From NCBI GenBank assembly GCA_964514585.1, contig CAZETU010000002.1, forward strand, positions 65,486 through 129,485: a stretch of 64,000 nt of DNA, written 5' to 3'. The notes below the pieces were generated by a model that worked only from the letters and a program-made list of their open reading frames with translations, was not told the origin of the DNA and did not search any database. Below are positions 1-8,896 of the stretch, one piece after another; the stretch's first letter is position 1; every line of letters starts with the position of its first letter. The DNA is from Candidatus Woesearchaeota archaeon. Lineage in GTDB: Archaea; Nanobdellota; Nanobdellia; Pacearchaeales; GW2011-AR1. A program made the position numbers and the translations under genes.

Positions 1-144
1 TAGATCTTCTGTGTTTTCTTGAACTGATCCTCCCGGAATTTTATAGAAATCATCTTTATCATCTTTATTTACTAAGAGTTTCCCATCTTCAATTATAACT
101 GGTCCTGATGCTATGATATATTTTCCTTCTAGAATTCCCATCAT
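1..144 (-). CDS. NUDIX-family hydrolase, N-terminal fragment (gene runs off the window start)
   Basis: Minus-strand translation MMGILEGKYIIASGPVIIEDGKLLVNKDDKDDFYKIPGGSVQENTEDL. PGG..E opens a Nudix box. The start overlaps the upstream stop (ATGA). Confidence 0.45.
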   Translation of the reverse strand, partial: MMGILEGKYIIASGPVIIEDGKLLVNKDDKDDFYKIPGGSVQENTEDL

Positions 145-401
145 TTCCAAGACCCCTTTTCGGCTACTATTGAATTATCTTCGACGAATGGTGCGTTTAG
201 AAACATTAAGTCTCTGAAATCGGGGTCTGTGTTCCAACCAGTTCCTTCCTTTCTTGTCCCTGTGTCGTTTTCGAAATGACTTTCGGATGCTTTTATTTTA
301 TCTAATTTTGATGCGAATTCGTTTAGGAGATTTTTGGAGTTCTTTCTAATTTCTTCTTTTTCTTTTTCTGTTACTTTGTGCCATGTGAAATTGTTTGTCA
401 T
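141..401 (-). CDS. GatC-like small protein (possible amidotransferase subunit C)
   Basis: The C-terminus FRDLMFLNAPFVEDNSIVAEKG resembles the GatC ..R.D....NAP..edg.f motif. About 86 aa if started at ATG 401, which lies 22-29 nt below the TATA at 423-430. The longer track ORF (to 542) overlaps the divergent promoter. Confidence 0.4.
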   Translation of the reverse strand: MTNNFTWHKVTEKEKEEIRKNSKNLLNEFASKLDKIKASESHFENDTGTRKEGTGWNTDPDFRDLMFLNAPFVEDNSIVAEKGSWK

Positions 402-422
402 GTTAATATTGGGTGTGGGAAT

Positions 423-430
423 TTTATAAA
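423..430 (-). promoter_or_regulatory. TATA box (TTTATAAA) for the GatC-like/NUDIX operon
   Basis: Palindromic TTTATAAA 22-29 nt upstream of ATG 401, the spacing seen at many genes in this window. Confidence 0.5.
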
Positions 431-465
431 GTTTTGTAGGGGGTGTTCGACGGGACATCGTAATC

Positions 466-473
466 TTTATAAA
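466..473 (+). promoter_or_regulatory. TATA box for the pilin gene
   Basis: TTTATAAA upstream of GGAGG (505-509) and ATG 519. Confidence 0.45.
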
Positions 474-518
474 GAAGTTCTTCTTTGAGTTTTTATCGTG
501 GTAGAAGGAGGTGTATAT

Positions 519-977
519 ATGTTTAGAGAAAAAAGAGGACAAGCGGCTATGGAATTTTTGATGACTTATGGCTGGGCGATTCTAGCTGCAATCATCGCGA
601 TAGGAGCTTTGTCTTATTTTACTATCGGTGGAACTAGTCAAAATGTTGCTAGTCTTAATGCTCCATTCTATTTAGAAGCTTGGAATGCTGGGGCAAGTGC
701 TACTAATGGAACTATTGGTTTAGGTGTAAAGAATAATGGTGATGGAACTATAACTCCTGTTTCTATAACAGTTGTTGATGCTGAGAATAGTGTTAATTGT
801 GCTGTTGCTGCTCCTGCTGCAATTTCTTCTGGTGATATAGCTGATGTTTCAGCTGTTTGTGATTCTGCTTTAGTTGCTGGAGATAAATTTAACGGGGATA
901 TAACCATTAAATATACTCGAACTGGAACAACACAATTAACTTCTACTGGTAGTATAAAGACTACAGTAGTCGCATAA
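519..977 (+). CDS. Archaeal type IV pilin-like protein (class III signal peptide)
   Basis: N-terminus MFREKRGQAAMEFLMTYGWAILAAIIAIGAL: basic stretch, G|Q, acidic residue at +5, hydrophobic helix. ATG 519 is preceded by GGAGG. Confidence 0.75.
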   Translation: MFREKRGQAAMEFLMTYGWAILAAIIAIGALSYFTIGGTSQNVASLNAPFYLEAWNAGASATNGTIGLGVKNNGDGTITPVSITVVDAENSVNCAVAAPAAISSGDIADVSAVCDSALVAGDKFNGDITIKYTRTGTTQLTSTGSIKTTVVA

Positions 978-988
978 TTATTAATTTC

Positions 989-1003
989 TTTTTTTTGTTT
1001 TTT
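989..1003 (+). terminator. Oligo-T tract (T8 then T6) after the pilin gene
   Basis: cttttttttgtttttta directly downstream of the stop. Archaeal terminators are typically oligo-T. Confidence 0.4.
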
Positions 1004-1046
1004 ATTCTTGAAATTTGTTAATCAAATTTCTTTTTTTATTTCAGAA

Positions 1047-1886
1047 TTAGCTTGCAGCTTCTTGTATCCTTAGTTTTCCTGAGAAGGGTCTAGATTTTGC
1101 GATTATACCTTTGTTTTTGATTTCGTATGGATATATTTTGGTTGAATGTTTTGTTCTCCTCATTTTTAGAACTTCTAAAAATTTCTCTCGTGTGTTTTTC
1201 TTCATCATGGAATATAGGTTGATAATGGAGTCTGATTCGAATTCTAGGACGGAAGAATGCTTTTCCTTGATTGATGGGTCGTTTTCACGGGTTAGGAGGG
1301 TTGTACATGTCCATTTTCTTAGTAGGGAGTAGAGCGAAAGAACCGATTCTCTTTCGTCGGGCTGGTTGTTGAATAAGCTTGTGAATGCACTTATGCTGTC
1401 GATACTCATTCGATCAATTTTTTGCCCTAAGACCGTTGTTTCGATTTCTCCGCCACCTTCTTCAAGCATTGTTTGTACTTTTTGCGGAGTGTATTCTATG
1501 AAGAAGAATTTTCCTGCCTTTTCATATTTTTCAAAATCCCATCCGATTTCTAGTAGATTTGCATAGGCTTCTTCCTTTTTTTCTTCAAAACTTATGTATA
1601 AGCACTTCTCGCCCTTCTCTAATCCTGCCATTAGAAACTGAGCTGCAAAAATGGATTTTCCGGTTCCAGTACATCCTACAATCATGTTTACGGAACTTTT
1701 TACGAAACCACCCTTGGTAATTTTGTCTAGATTTTTTACTCCTGTAGAAACTTTTAAAATTTTGGCTGGTTTTTTTGTGACTGTTTTTCTTTTAATGGGT
1801 TTCTTTTTAGAAATCGTTTTTGGTTTGGATATTTTCTTTTTAGCCTTTGGCTTTAGAACTCTTTTTTTCACCTTTTTCATATTCAT
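1047..1886 (-). CDS. KaiC/RecA-superfamily ATPase (ArlH/FlaH-like) with Lys-rich N-terminal extension
   Basis: Walker A GCTGTGKS, then AAQFLMAGLEKGEKCLYISFEE, typical of a single KaiC domain. Last gene of the pilin operon. Confidence 0.75.
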   Translation of the reverse strand: MNMKKVKKRVLKPKAKKKISKPKTISKKKPIKRKTVTKKPAKILKVSTGVKNLDKITKGGFVKSSVNMIVGCTGTGKSIFAAQFLMAGLEKGEKCLYISFEEKKEEAYANLLEIGWDFEKYEKAGKFFFIEYTPQKVQTMLEEGGGEIETTVLGQKIDRMSIDSISAFTSLFNNQPDERESVLSLYSLLRKWTCTTLLTRENDPSIKEKHSSVLEFESDSIINLYSMMKKNTREKFLEVLKMRRTKHSTKIYPYEIKNKGIIAKSRPFSGKLRIQEAAS

Positions 1887-1915
1887 ATATATTTACTGAG
1901 TATAAAAATATTTGG

Positions 1916-4426
1916 TTAATCCCAGATTCGGATTTGAACTTCTGTTGACCAAGTGAATGGGATTCCTTTGATTTCTGTTGGGGTAATTTGAAGATTGTTT
2001 TCTGAGAATTTTGAATCGATTTTGTTGTTGGAGTCTAGGTCGAGGATTTGTAATAGTTTGTATGTTGCTTCTTGGAGGGCGTCGTTGGGGTCGTATGATT
2101 GACTTGCGGATGTGTAGTAGCATTTTGCGCTTCCGTTGTATGTGGCTGGAACGTCGATTGTTATATTTGTGTTGTCTTCGAATTCAATTGTCCAACTGCA
2201 CCCGTCGATTATTGGGCAAATTGTTGAATATGACGAGGAGTTCTTTTGTATCTTGTATATTATTTTGTTATAGGCTGAACCTTCGGTTGTGTTCATTGAT
2301 GTGGTTGCTGTTTTTATTTCGACTGTGTTGTTTGTTTGGATTAATGTTTTTGGAATGCTGATTGCGTAGGGGTCGCCGAGGTCTATATACTTGCTTCCGT
2401 AGTCGCTTATTTGGTAAATGTTGTTGCCGTTTAGCCATGTCTCTGCTGTCCATCGAGGACCTGAGTAAGAGATTGCTTCGGCTGAGATTATTGCTGCGTC
2501 GCTTGGTATGTCGAATGTTCCTGCGGAGGCGTTGTCGAATTGTTCTTCTACCGTTAGAATTAATCCTCTTGGTGGTTCTTCTGAGGAGGTTTGTCCTATT
2601 TCTATGTATGAATCTGGGTAGAGGATTGCTGGTGCGAATGATCCTGAGGCGCTGATTGTTTGTTCGTAGTAAGATGCGTTGAGGATTTCTTCTGATATTT
2701 GTTGGTACAGTGCAACTATGTTACTTATGTTTCCTGCGTAGTATGATCCATTTCCGCATGCGGCTATTGCTTGGAGTGTTGTTTCTTCGGCGCCTGATCC
2801 GAATCCTATTGCGTGAACTGTGATTCCGTGGTTTTGGTAGGCCTCGCATGCTGAGTCTATAGCGTCTTGTGCGGCACTACCCGAGCTTGATCCCGTGAAA
2901 TCGTTAAAATTACTGCAACCGTAGTTTGCCGCTCCGTCACTCATTACTATCATAACTTTCATTTTTTCTGAGCTTGATCCTGAGAAGCCAGATATTCCCC
3001 TATTTATTCCACAGCAAATACAAGTTCCTCCATAAGCTAACCATGAAGCTACTTCTGCTTTTAATGAGACGTTATCTGTTGATAATTGGTGGTATTCTGT
3101 AAGATCTGCATTATATTCGTATCCAGCTAATCCAACTTGATTTCCGCTTGCATTTAGGATTCCATCTATAAATGCATCGTTTGCTTCTCTAGCTTCATTG
3201 ATTCCTTCAGTACAAACTCCGCTACTGCAAGACCAATGTGTGCCACATCTTTCTTCATTATATTTACAAGTACTAAACCATCCAGATTGAGAACAGTCAC
3301 ACATGCTTCCTGATAAATCTGTTACTGAGAATGCGTCAACGTATCGGGTTTCGTTTATGACGTATGATGCGTTTGATATTCCAATTCTTATTGGGACTGT
3401 TTTGTTTGCTATCTCGTTGTAATTTATGATTGAGGATATTTCTGCGTTGGTTATTGTTATTGTTTCTTCGCCGCTTGTTGAATTTTCGAATATTGTTTTG
3501 TTTCCTATCGTTAAGAATATTTCGTATGGGCTGTCGAGATGTAGGGAGACTGCTAGGGTTTGTAAGTTTTTCGTGTAGAAGCCGTCGTAGATATTAATTA
3601 GACCTGAAATTCCTGGGAGATATTGTTTTGTTGTCTCTTCTGCGAATCCAGTATACTCTATTCGAATATATCCTCCTGTTATTCTCATTTCTTCTCCGAC
3701 GAATTCTATTGTGTTTGAGCCGTTTTGGAAATTACTTAGGTATGAGCTTATATCATATTGTGCTGGTATTATATTTGATGTCGAGCTTTCGTAATATCCT
3801 GAATAATTATTGTTTATGTAGACGCTGAAGTTTTTGTTTGTTGCAATTTCTATTCTGGCCCCTGTGATGTTTCCTTCGTACTCGATGTTTGCTGATATAT
3901 TTCCGTCTCCGACATAACCTCCGAAGTAGAAATATTCTGTTTGTACGTCTGAAGATAAATATGCTCTTGCCGAATATCCTGTTGTTTCGTTTCCTTCTTG
4001 GATACCACTGATTATTTGTCTTTCTACTTCTATGTTTCTGGCATTTTCAATTGGAGTTGAATTTTTTGAAGCGATTAATTCTTTTTCGTACCAGATTCCT
4101 ATGTTTCTGTCTGTATCTAAATATGATAAGATTTCATTGGCGGTTGCTCTTGCGAAGTTTTTATCTGTGACGTAGAATTCTCCTATTTGTTCTAGTATTG
4201 ATTTATTTAGGTCTTCGATGTCGCCGCTTGCTATTAGCGCTTTTATTTGAGTGTTGTCTATTTCTCCGACTTTTAGATTTGACAATACTTTCATTGTGTC
4301 TGAGTGTATGCTTGTTCGTGTTGAGGGGTTGTAGGTTCTTGGCACGGCTATTATTAGGACTAACATAATTATCATTAATGCGATTAGGGCGTCGCCGCTG
4401 AAGAAGATTGCTTTTTTTGTTTTCAT
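1916..4426 (-). CDS. Large pilin-like surface protein with von Willebrand factor A domain (TadG-like)
   Basis: N-terminal MKTKKAIFFSGDALIALMIIMLVLII anchor. MIDAS DLSGSM, then VMIVMSDGAANYG and HAIGFG in vWA order. Many Cys. Confidence 0.75.
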   Translation of the reverse strand: MKTKKAIFFSGDALIALMIIMLVLIIAVPRTYNPSTRTSIHSDTMKVLSNLKVGEIDNTQIKALIASGDIEDLNKSILEQIGEFYVTDKNFARATANEILSYLDTDRNIGIWYEKELIASKNSTPIENARNIEVERQIISGIQEGNETTGYSARAYLSSDVQTEYFYFGGYVGDGNISANIEYEGNITGARIEIATNKNFSVYINNNYSGYYESSTSNIIPAQYDISSYLSNFQNGSNTIEFVGEEMRITGGYIRIEYTGFAEETTKQYLPGISGLINIYDGFYTKNLQTLAVSLHLDSPYEIFLTIGNKTIFENSTSGEETITITNAEISSIINYNEIANKTVPIRIGISNASYVINETRYVDAFSVTDLSGSMCDCSQSGWFSTCKYNEERCGTHWSCSSGVCTEGINEAREANDAFIDGILNASGNQVGLAGYEYNADLTEYHQLSTDNVSLKAEVASWLAYGGTCICCGINRGISGFSGSSSEKMKVMIVMSDGAANYGCSNFNDFTGSSSGSAAQDAIDSACEAYQNHGITVHAIGFGSGAEETTLQAIAACGNGSYYAGNISNIVALYQQISEEILNASYYEQTISASGSFAPAILYPDSYIEIGQTSSEEPPRGLILTVEEQFDNASAGTFDIPSDAAIISAEAISYSGPRWTAETWLNGNNIYQISDYGSKYIDLGDPYAISIPKTLIQTNNTVEIKTATTSMNTTEGSAYNKIIYKIQKNSSSYSTICPIIDGCSWTIEFEDNTNITIDVPATYNGSAKCYYTSASQSYDPNDALQEATYKLLQILDLDSNNKIDSKFSENNLQITPTEIKGIPFTWSTEVQIRIWD

Positions 4427-4911
4427 GGTTCGAATATGTAGAGGTATACCGTGGTTGGTTTATTTTTGTATATGGTGAACCTCGTTACTTTAATTAAATT
4501 TGAAGCTTGAATGTTTGTTGAATTTGTTCCAGGTTTCCCGATTCCTTCGGATCCCATTATGCTTTCATTTTTTAAGAAGAAATAGTAATCGTATCTTGTT
4601 TGAAATAATGTCTTGGTTTTGTTATAGTCTGATTGAGTGAGGTTGAAGAATCGTTCGAATTTTGTTTCGTTTATTTTTCCGTCATCTTCGATTCCGATTT
4701 CTTGTACTGTTTCGTTTGTCCAGTCTGTGGGGCTACCTGATGACATGATTGAGTCGGCTATATAGTTTCCTTCGTATGTTAAGATTTGGAGCATATCTTC
4801 AGTTTCGTTTGTATAATTAAATGAGTAAAAGTAAAAGAACACTATTGCTGCTGAGAATATCATGAATCCTATTGCTAGGTCTGTTCCCCATGCTTGTGCT
4901 TTTTTTGTCAT
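4423..4911 (-). CDS. Pilin-like protein (class III signal peptide)
   Basis: MTKKAQAWGTDLAIGFMIFSAAIVFFYFY. 4-nt overlap with the downstream vWA gene. Confidence 0.65.
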   Translation of the reverse strand: MTKKAQAWGTDLAIGFMIFSAAIVFFYFYSFNYTNETEDMLQILTYEGNYIADSIMSSGSPTDWTNETVQEIGIEDDGKINETKFERFFNLTQSDYNKTKTLFQTRYDYYFFLKNESIMGSEGIGKPGTNSTNIQASNLIKVTRFTIYKNKPTTVYLYIFEP

Positions 4912-4912
4912 T

Positions 4913-5305
4913 TTAATTTAGGTTGATTTCTCCGTTTTGTTTTTGAATTATGTTTGTTCCTTTTTTTAGAATTCCTGTGGCATTTGCTGTGCTTAGGGCT
5001 ATTGCGTGTTTTTGATCTGTTGTGTTGGCGTATACTACTCTTTCGAATAAGTAGATTCCATATTCGTCGTTGATTATTTTATCTGGGATTTCAAATTCTC
5101 TGTAGTATCCATCTTGTGATTGTGCTGCTAAATTTATTTCTTCTTTGACGTTTTTTACGACATCTTTAATGATTATGTTTTTTTTCTCGTATGTTTTGTC
5201 TGCCATTTTTGATTGGATGGCTCCGATGAAAAGGATGAAGAAGAAAGCTATGAAGCTAATTACTATCATTAGTTCGACGGCGGATTGTGCTTTTTTATTT
5301 TGCAT
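4913..5305 (-). CDS. Pilin-like protein (class III signal peptide)
   Basis: MQNKKAQSAVELMIVISFIAFFFILF: KAQ....E motif followed by a hydrophobic helix. Confidence 0.7.
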   Translation of the reverse strand: MQNKKAQSAVELMIVISFIAFFFILFIGAIQSKMADKTYEKKNIIIKDVVKNVKEEINLAAQSQDGYYREFEIPDKIINDEYGIYLFERVVYANTTDQKHAIALSTANATGILKKGTNIIQKQNGEINLN

Positions 5306-5306
5306 T

Positions 5307-5720
5307 TTAGGAGTTTATTGACACAGAAGTGTTTTCTGCTTCTAGAACTATTTCTCTTAGTCCTGAAACGGATGATATAGTTCCCGTTATTGGAACGTTG
5401 CTTGGGAAGTCTACTTTGTTTGGGCCGGAGGACGTTTCAAATGATACGTAAATTGTGTTGTTTATTATTTCGATTAGGGTGATTCGTTCTGGGATGTTTG
5501 TTACGATTGTTATTTTTGATGGTTCGCCGGAGTAGAAAACCGATTCTGCGGATGATACGATTTTGTTTGCCATGCCGTCTACTTGTCTTGATGATATCAT
5601 GTCTCTAAGGGAGTTGCTGTGGTAGAAAGCTACGGCTAATGTGCCTATCAAAATGAATGTCAGAAAACCAACGATCATCAGATATTCCATGCCTATCTGC
5701 GCCTTCTTTTTTTGTTCCAT
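5307..5720 (-). CDS. Pilin-like protein (class III signal peptide)
   Basis: MEQKKKAQIGMEYLMIVGFLTFILIG. First gene of the minus-strand pilin operon. Confidence 0.7.
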   Translation of the reverse strand: MEQKKKAQIGMEYLMIVGFLTFILIGTLAVAFYHSNSLRDMISSRQVDGMANKIVSSAESVFYSGEPSKITIVTNIPERITLIEIINNTIYVSFETSSGPNKVDFPSNVPITGTISSVSGLREIVLEAENTSVSINS

Positions 5721-5734
5721 TTACCTTCGGAAGC

Positions 5735-5743
5735 TTTATAAAA
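5735..5743. promoter_or_regulatory. TATA box in the divergent pilus promoter region
   Basis: TTTATAAAA between minus start 5720 and plus start 5783. Spacing fits a leaderless minus-strand transcript. Confidence 0.5.
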
Positions 5744-5782
5744 TCCTCTACTTTATGTTCAATGTTGTATTTAAACATTTTT

Positions 5783-6346
5783 ATGAGGATGGAAAAAAGA
5801 GGGATGGCGTGTTTAGGAAAGGTTCTTTTAGTGCTCCTTTTCTTTGTTTTGATGAACGTAGGTTTCTGGTCGTATTCGAGTTATAAGAATGGTGGGGAGT
5901 TTTCTTCTTCTGGAGGTCTTACTGGGATGTCGATAACAGATAGTGTAAAGGCTACTTTTGTTGGACTTAGTTTGACGCAGAAGATTGTTTTCTTTATTCA
6001 ATTGTTTGTAGTACTTTTAATTATATTTTTTCTTGTTGCTCGTGAGATTGGTAAAAGGAGAAGGAATGATGAGATTAGTCGGAGTAGTGTTGTTGCTGGA
6101 TCTAAGGGGAAAGGTACAGATTTAGATTCGCTTTATGCTGCTTTGAAACAGAAGAAGAAGATTCATTTGTCTTCGATTTCAAGGGGTTTTAAGGTTAGTC
6201 GGGATACGGCGATGGAGTGGTGTAAGATTTTGGAATCTTCTAATCTTGCTTCGATTGAATATCCGGCGTTGGGAGAGTCTTACATAAGAATAATAGAGGA
6301 GGAGAATAAAGAAAAAGAGAATGGAAAAGAAAAAGTCAAGAAGTGA
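5783..6346 (+). CDS. Membrane protein with C-terminal winged-helix-like domain
   Basis: Start moved to ATG 5783 because the longer ORF overlaps the pilin gene. Two hydrophobic segments, then KKIHLSSISRGFKVSRDTAMEWCKILESSNLASIEYP. Confidence 0.55.
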   Translation: MRMEKRGMACLGKVLLVLLFFVLMNVGFWSYSSYKNGGEFSSSGGLTGMSITDSVKATFVGLSLTQKIVFFIQLFVVLLIIFFLVAREIGKRRRNDEISRSSVVAGSKGKGTDLDSLYAALKQKKKIHLSSISRGFKVSRDTAMEWCKILESSNLASIEYPALGESYIRIIEEENKEKENGKEKVKK

Positions 6347-8021
6347 TAAAAAGGTGCACCATGCACCTCATAGCAAGAAGTCCCATCATACATCCCATGC
6401 TAATAAATCTCCTCATGTAAATCATAGTAAGAAACATGTATCTCATAGTAAGAAGTTTCATCATGCTAAGGCGAAGGTTGTTTCTAAGGAAGAAGATGTT
6501 CATAAGAAGGTGAAGCTTGAACCGATTAAGCCAGGACATAAAAAAATTATCGAATCTTATGATCTTGTTGCGGATGGGGCGAAGGTTAAGGTTAATATTG
6601 TTCAGGAAGATTTGGGAATTGTTTATAATCTTGTGATTCCCGAGGTCAGTCCTGTTACTGCGGCTTTGTTGGCCGATTTGAGAAATCAATTGGTTTTGGT
6701 GACGACGGTTAGTATGAAAGAGATACTTGATCCTTCGGCTTTTGATGAAGTTAAGAAGAGATTTATTGATGAAGCTGAAAAAATTTTGGATGAGAAGTTG
6801 CCTAATACTGATCAGGCTACTAAGGATTTTTTGATTGGGAAATTGATTCAGGAAATGTTGGGACTTGGAGAGATTGAGTTTATGGTTAATGATCCGAATT
6901 TGGAAGAGATTGTTATTTTGTCGGCGAAGGAATCGATTCGGGTTTATCATAAGAAGTATCGTTGGGTTAAGTCGAATATTATTTTGAAGAGGGAGGATAA
7001 GATTGTTAATTATTCTAAGAGTGTGGCTCGTCGGGTTGGTCGTGAGATTACTGTTCTTAGTCCTTTGCTTGATGCACATCTTGTTACTGGGGACAGGGTT
7101 AATTCGGTTCTTTATCCGATTAGTACTAATGGGAATACTATTACTATTAGGAAGTTTGCGAGGGATCCTTATACGATAGTCGATTTGATAAAGAATAAGA
7201 CTTGTGATTTGACGATTGCGTGTTTGTTGTGGTTGGCGATTGAGTATGAAATGAATGTTTTGATTTCTGGCGGGACGGCTTCGGGAAAGACAGTTTTGTT
7301 GAATGCATGTATGCCTTTTATTCCGCCAAATAATAGAATTGTTTCGGTTGAAGATACGAGAGAGTTGATGTTGCCTGAGTTTTTGTATTGGACCCCGCTT
7401 GTTACTCGGTCTGCGAATCCTGAAGGGAAGGGAGAGGTTTCGATGCTTGATTTATTGGTTAATTCTCTGAGAATGAGACCTGATAGAATTGTTATGGGTG
7501 AGATGAGGCGGCAGCAAGAGGCGATGGTTTTGTTTGAGGCTATGCATACTGGGCATAGTGTTTATGCTACGCTGCATGCGGATTCAGCTACGGAGACTAT
7601 TTCTAGAATTACTCATCCCCCTTTAAATATTCCGCCAAATCTTTTGAGCGCTGTTAATTTGAATGTTGTTATGTTTAGAGATAGAAGGAAGGGAATTAGG
7701 AGAGTTTTGCAGGTTGCCGAGTTTGATGTTGGGAATGATAAGGCTTCTGCTAATATTCTTTATAGATGGATTCCCGAGGGTGATAAGATGATTCAGCATA
7801 GTGAGAGTAGTAAATTTTTTGAGGATATAACTAGGACTACAGGAATGTCTAATAAGGAGATTCAGGAGAACTTGAGCGAAAAGAGTAAAATTTTGTCTTG
7901 GATGATTGCTAATGATGTTCGTGATTTGCAGAGTATGGGTAAGGTTATGAATGCGTATTATTCTAATAAATCTTTTTTGCTTGATGCAATTAAAAAGAAT
8001 AATAAAGGGTTTTTGAAATGA
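6321..8021 (+). CDS. Type II/IV secretion-family ATPase (PilB/ArlI/VirB11-like) with His/Lys-rich N-terminus
   Basis: Walker A GGTASGKTVLLNA, Walker B RPDRIVMGEMR, His box GHSVYATLHADSA. Confidence 0.9.
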   Translation: MEKKKSRSDKKVHHAPHSKKSHHTSHANKSPHVNHSKKHVSHSKKFHHAKAKVVSKEEDVHKKVKLEPIKPGHKKIIESYDLVADGAKVKVNIVQEDLGIVYNLVIPEVSPVTAALLADLRNQLVLVTTVSMKEILDPSAFDEVKKRFIDEAEKILDEKLPNTDQATKDFLIGKLIQEMLGLGEIEFMVNDPNLEEIVILSAKESIRVYHKKYRWVKSNIILKREDKIVNYSKSVARRVGREITVLSPLLDAHLVTGDRVNSVLYPISTNGNTITIRKFARDPYTIVDLIKNKTCDLTIACLLWLAIEYEMNVLISGGTASGKTVLLNACMPFIPPNNRIVSVEDTRELMLPEFLYWTPLVTRSANPEGKGEVSMLDLLVNSLRMRPDRIVMGEMRRQQEAMVLFEAMHTGHSVYATLHADSATETISRITHPPLNIPPNLLSAVNLNVVMFRDRRKGIRRVLQVAEFDVGNDKASANILYRWIPEGDKMIQHSESSKFFEDITRTTGMSNKEIQENLSEKSKILSWMIANDVRDLQSMGKVMNAYYSNKSFLLDAIKKNNKGFLK

Positions 8022-8896
8022 AATTTAAAATTCCGTTCGCTGGTTCGAATATTTCGAGGTTGAGAAAAGTTTCTAGACCGTATTCAAAAAGGATTAAGTC
8101 CAAGAAGGATAGTTTGGATAAATATTTGAAAGATTCTGGGGCGCCGATAAGTAGAGAGGAATATATCGGGGTTATGAGAAGAAGTTTTTTGACGATGTTT
8201 TTTATTTCTCTTTTTTTGATGCTTTCTTTATTGCTGCTTTTCAATAAAATTGAATGGTTTCTTTTCGCTATTGGTTTTTTGTTTTTGTTTTCTTGTATTA
8301 TTTATATGAATCAGATGACTTATCCTAAGATTTATTTTTTGAAGAGGCAAAGAGATATTGAGAGGAATTTGATTCCTGCTCTTGAGGATATGTTGATTCA
8401 GTTGAATTCTGGTATACCACTTTTTAGTATCCTTGTGAATATTTCTGATTCTGGTTATGGGGAATTGAGTGGCGAGTTTATGAAGGCTGTGCAGAAGATT
8501 AATGCGGGCGAATCTGAGGTGAATGTTTTGGAGGAATTGAGTGCGAAAAATCCGTCGAATTATTTTAAGAGGGCGCTTTGGCAGATTAGTAATGGTATGA
8601 GAGCGGGGAGCGATATGGCTGTTGTTATTGGGGATAATATTCATGCTTTGAATGAGGAGCAGATGATTCAGATTCAGCAGTATGGGAATAAGTTGAATCC
8701 TATGATTATGTTTTATATGCTTGTGTCGGTTATTGTCCCTTCGCTGTCCGTGACTTTTTTGACGATTCTTTCTTCGATGATTAGTCTTCCTGGGAATACC
8801 ACTATTATGATTTTTATGGGGTTGTTTATTTTTGTTGTTCTGGTTCAAATAATGTTTCTTGGTATAATTAAATCTAAGAGGCCGACGTTGTTATAA
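8018..8896 (+). CDS. T2SS-F-domain platform protein (TadB-like half)
   Basis: Polytopic. Cytoplasmic helical domain (LIPALEDMLIQLNSGIPLF..) flanked by TM segments. 4-nt overlap with the ATPase gene. Confidence 0.7.
   Translation: MKFKIPFAGSNISRLRKVSRPYSKRIKSKKDSLDKYLKDSGAPISREEYIGVMRRSFLTMFFISLFLMLSLLLLFNKIEWFLFAIGFLFLFSCIIYMNQMTYPKIYFLKRQRDIERNLIPALEDMLIQLNSGIPLFSILVNISDSGYGELSGEFMKAVQKINAGESEVNVLEELSAKNPSNYFKRALWQISNGMRAGSDMAVVIGDNIHALNEEQMIQIQQYGNKLNPMIMFYMLVSVIVPSLSVTFLTILSSMISLPGNTTIMIFMGLFIFVVLVQIMFLGIIKSKRPTLL

Noticed and set aside
5657-5782. Upstream extension of the 5657-6346 ORF (and similar extensions at 498, 10433, 11397, 18735, 39171, 55536).
   Set aside because: The extensions overlap the neighbouring gene or promoter, often begin at TTG or GTG, and skip an ATG that sits at proper TATA or SD spacing. 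Starts were moved downstream.
6336-8848. 247-aa and 206-aa minus-strand ORFs opposite the pilus ATPase and platform genes. Similar ones lie at 36763-37917, 41276-41980, 45662-46252, 24857-25318, 28863-29327 and 30079-30534.
   Set aside because: All lie antisense to well-supported plus-strand genes and share the N/R/I/L/P-rich artefact composition.
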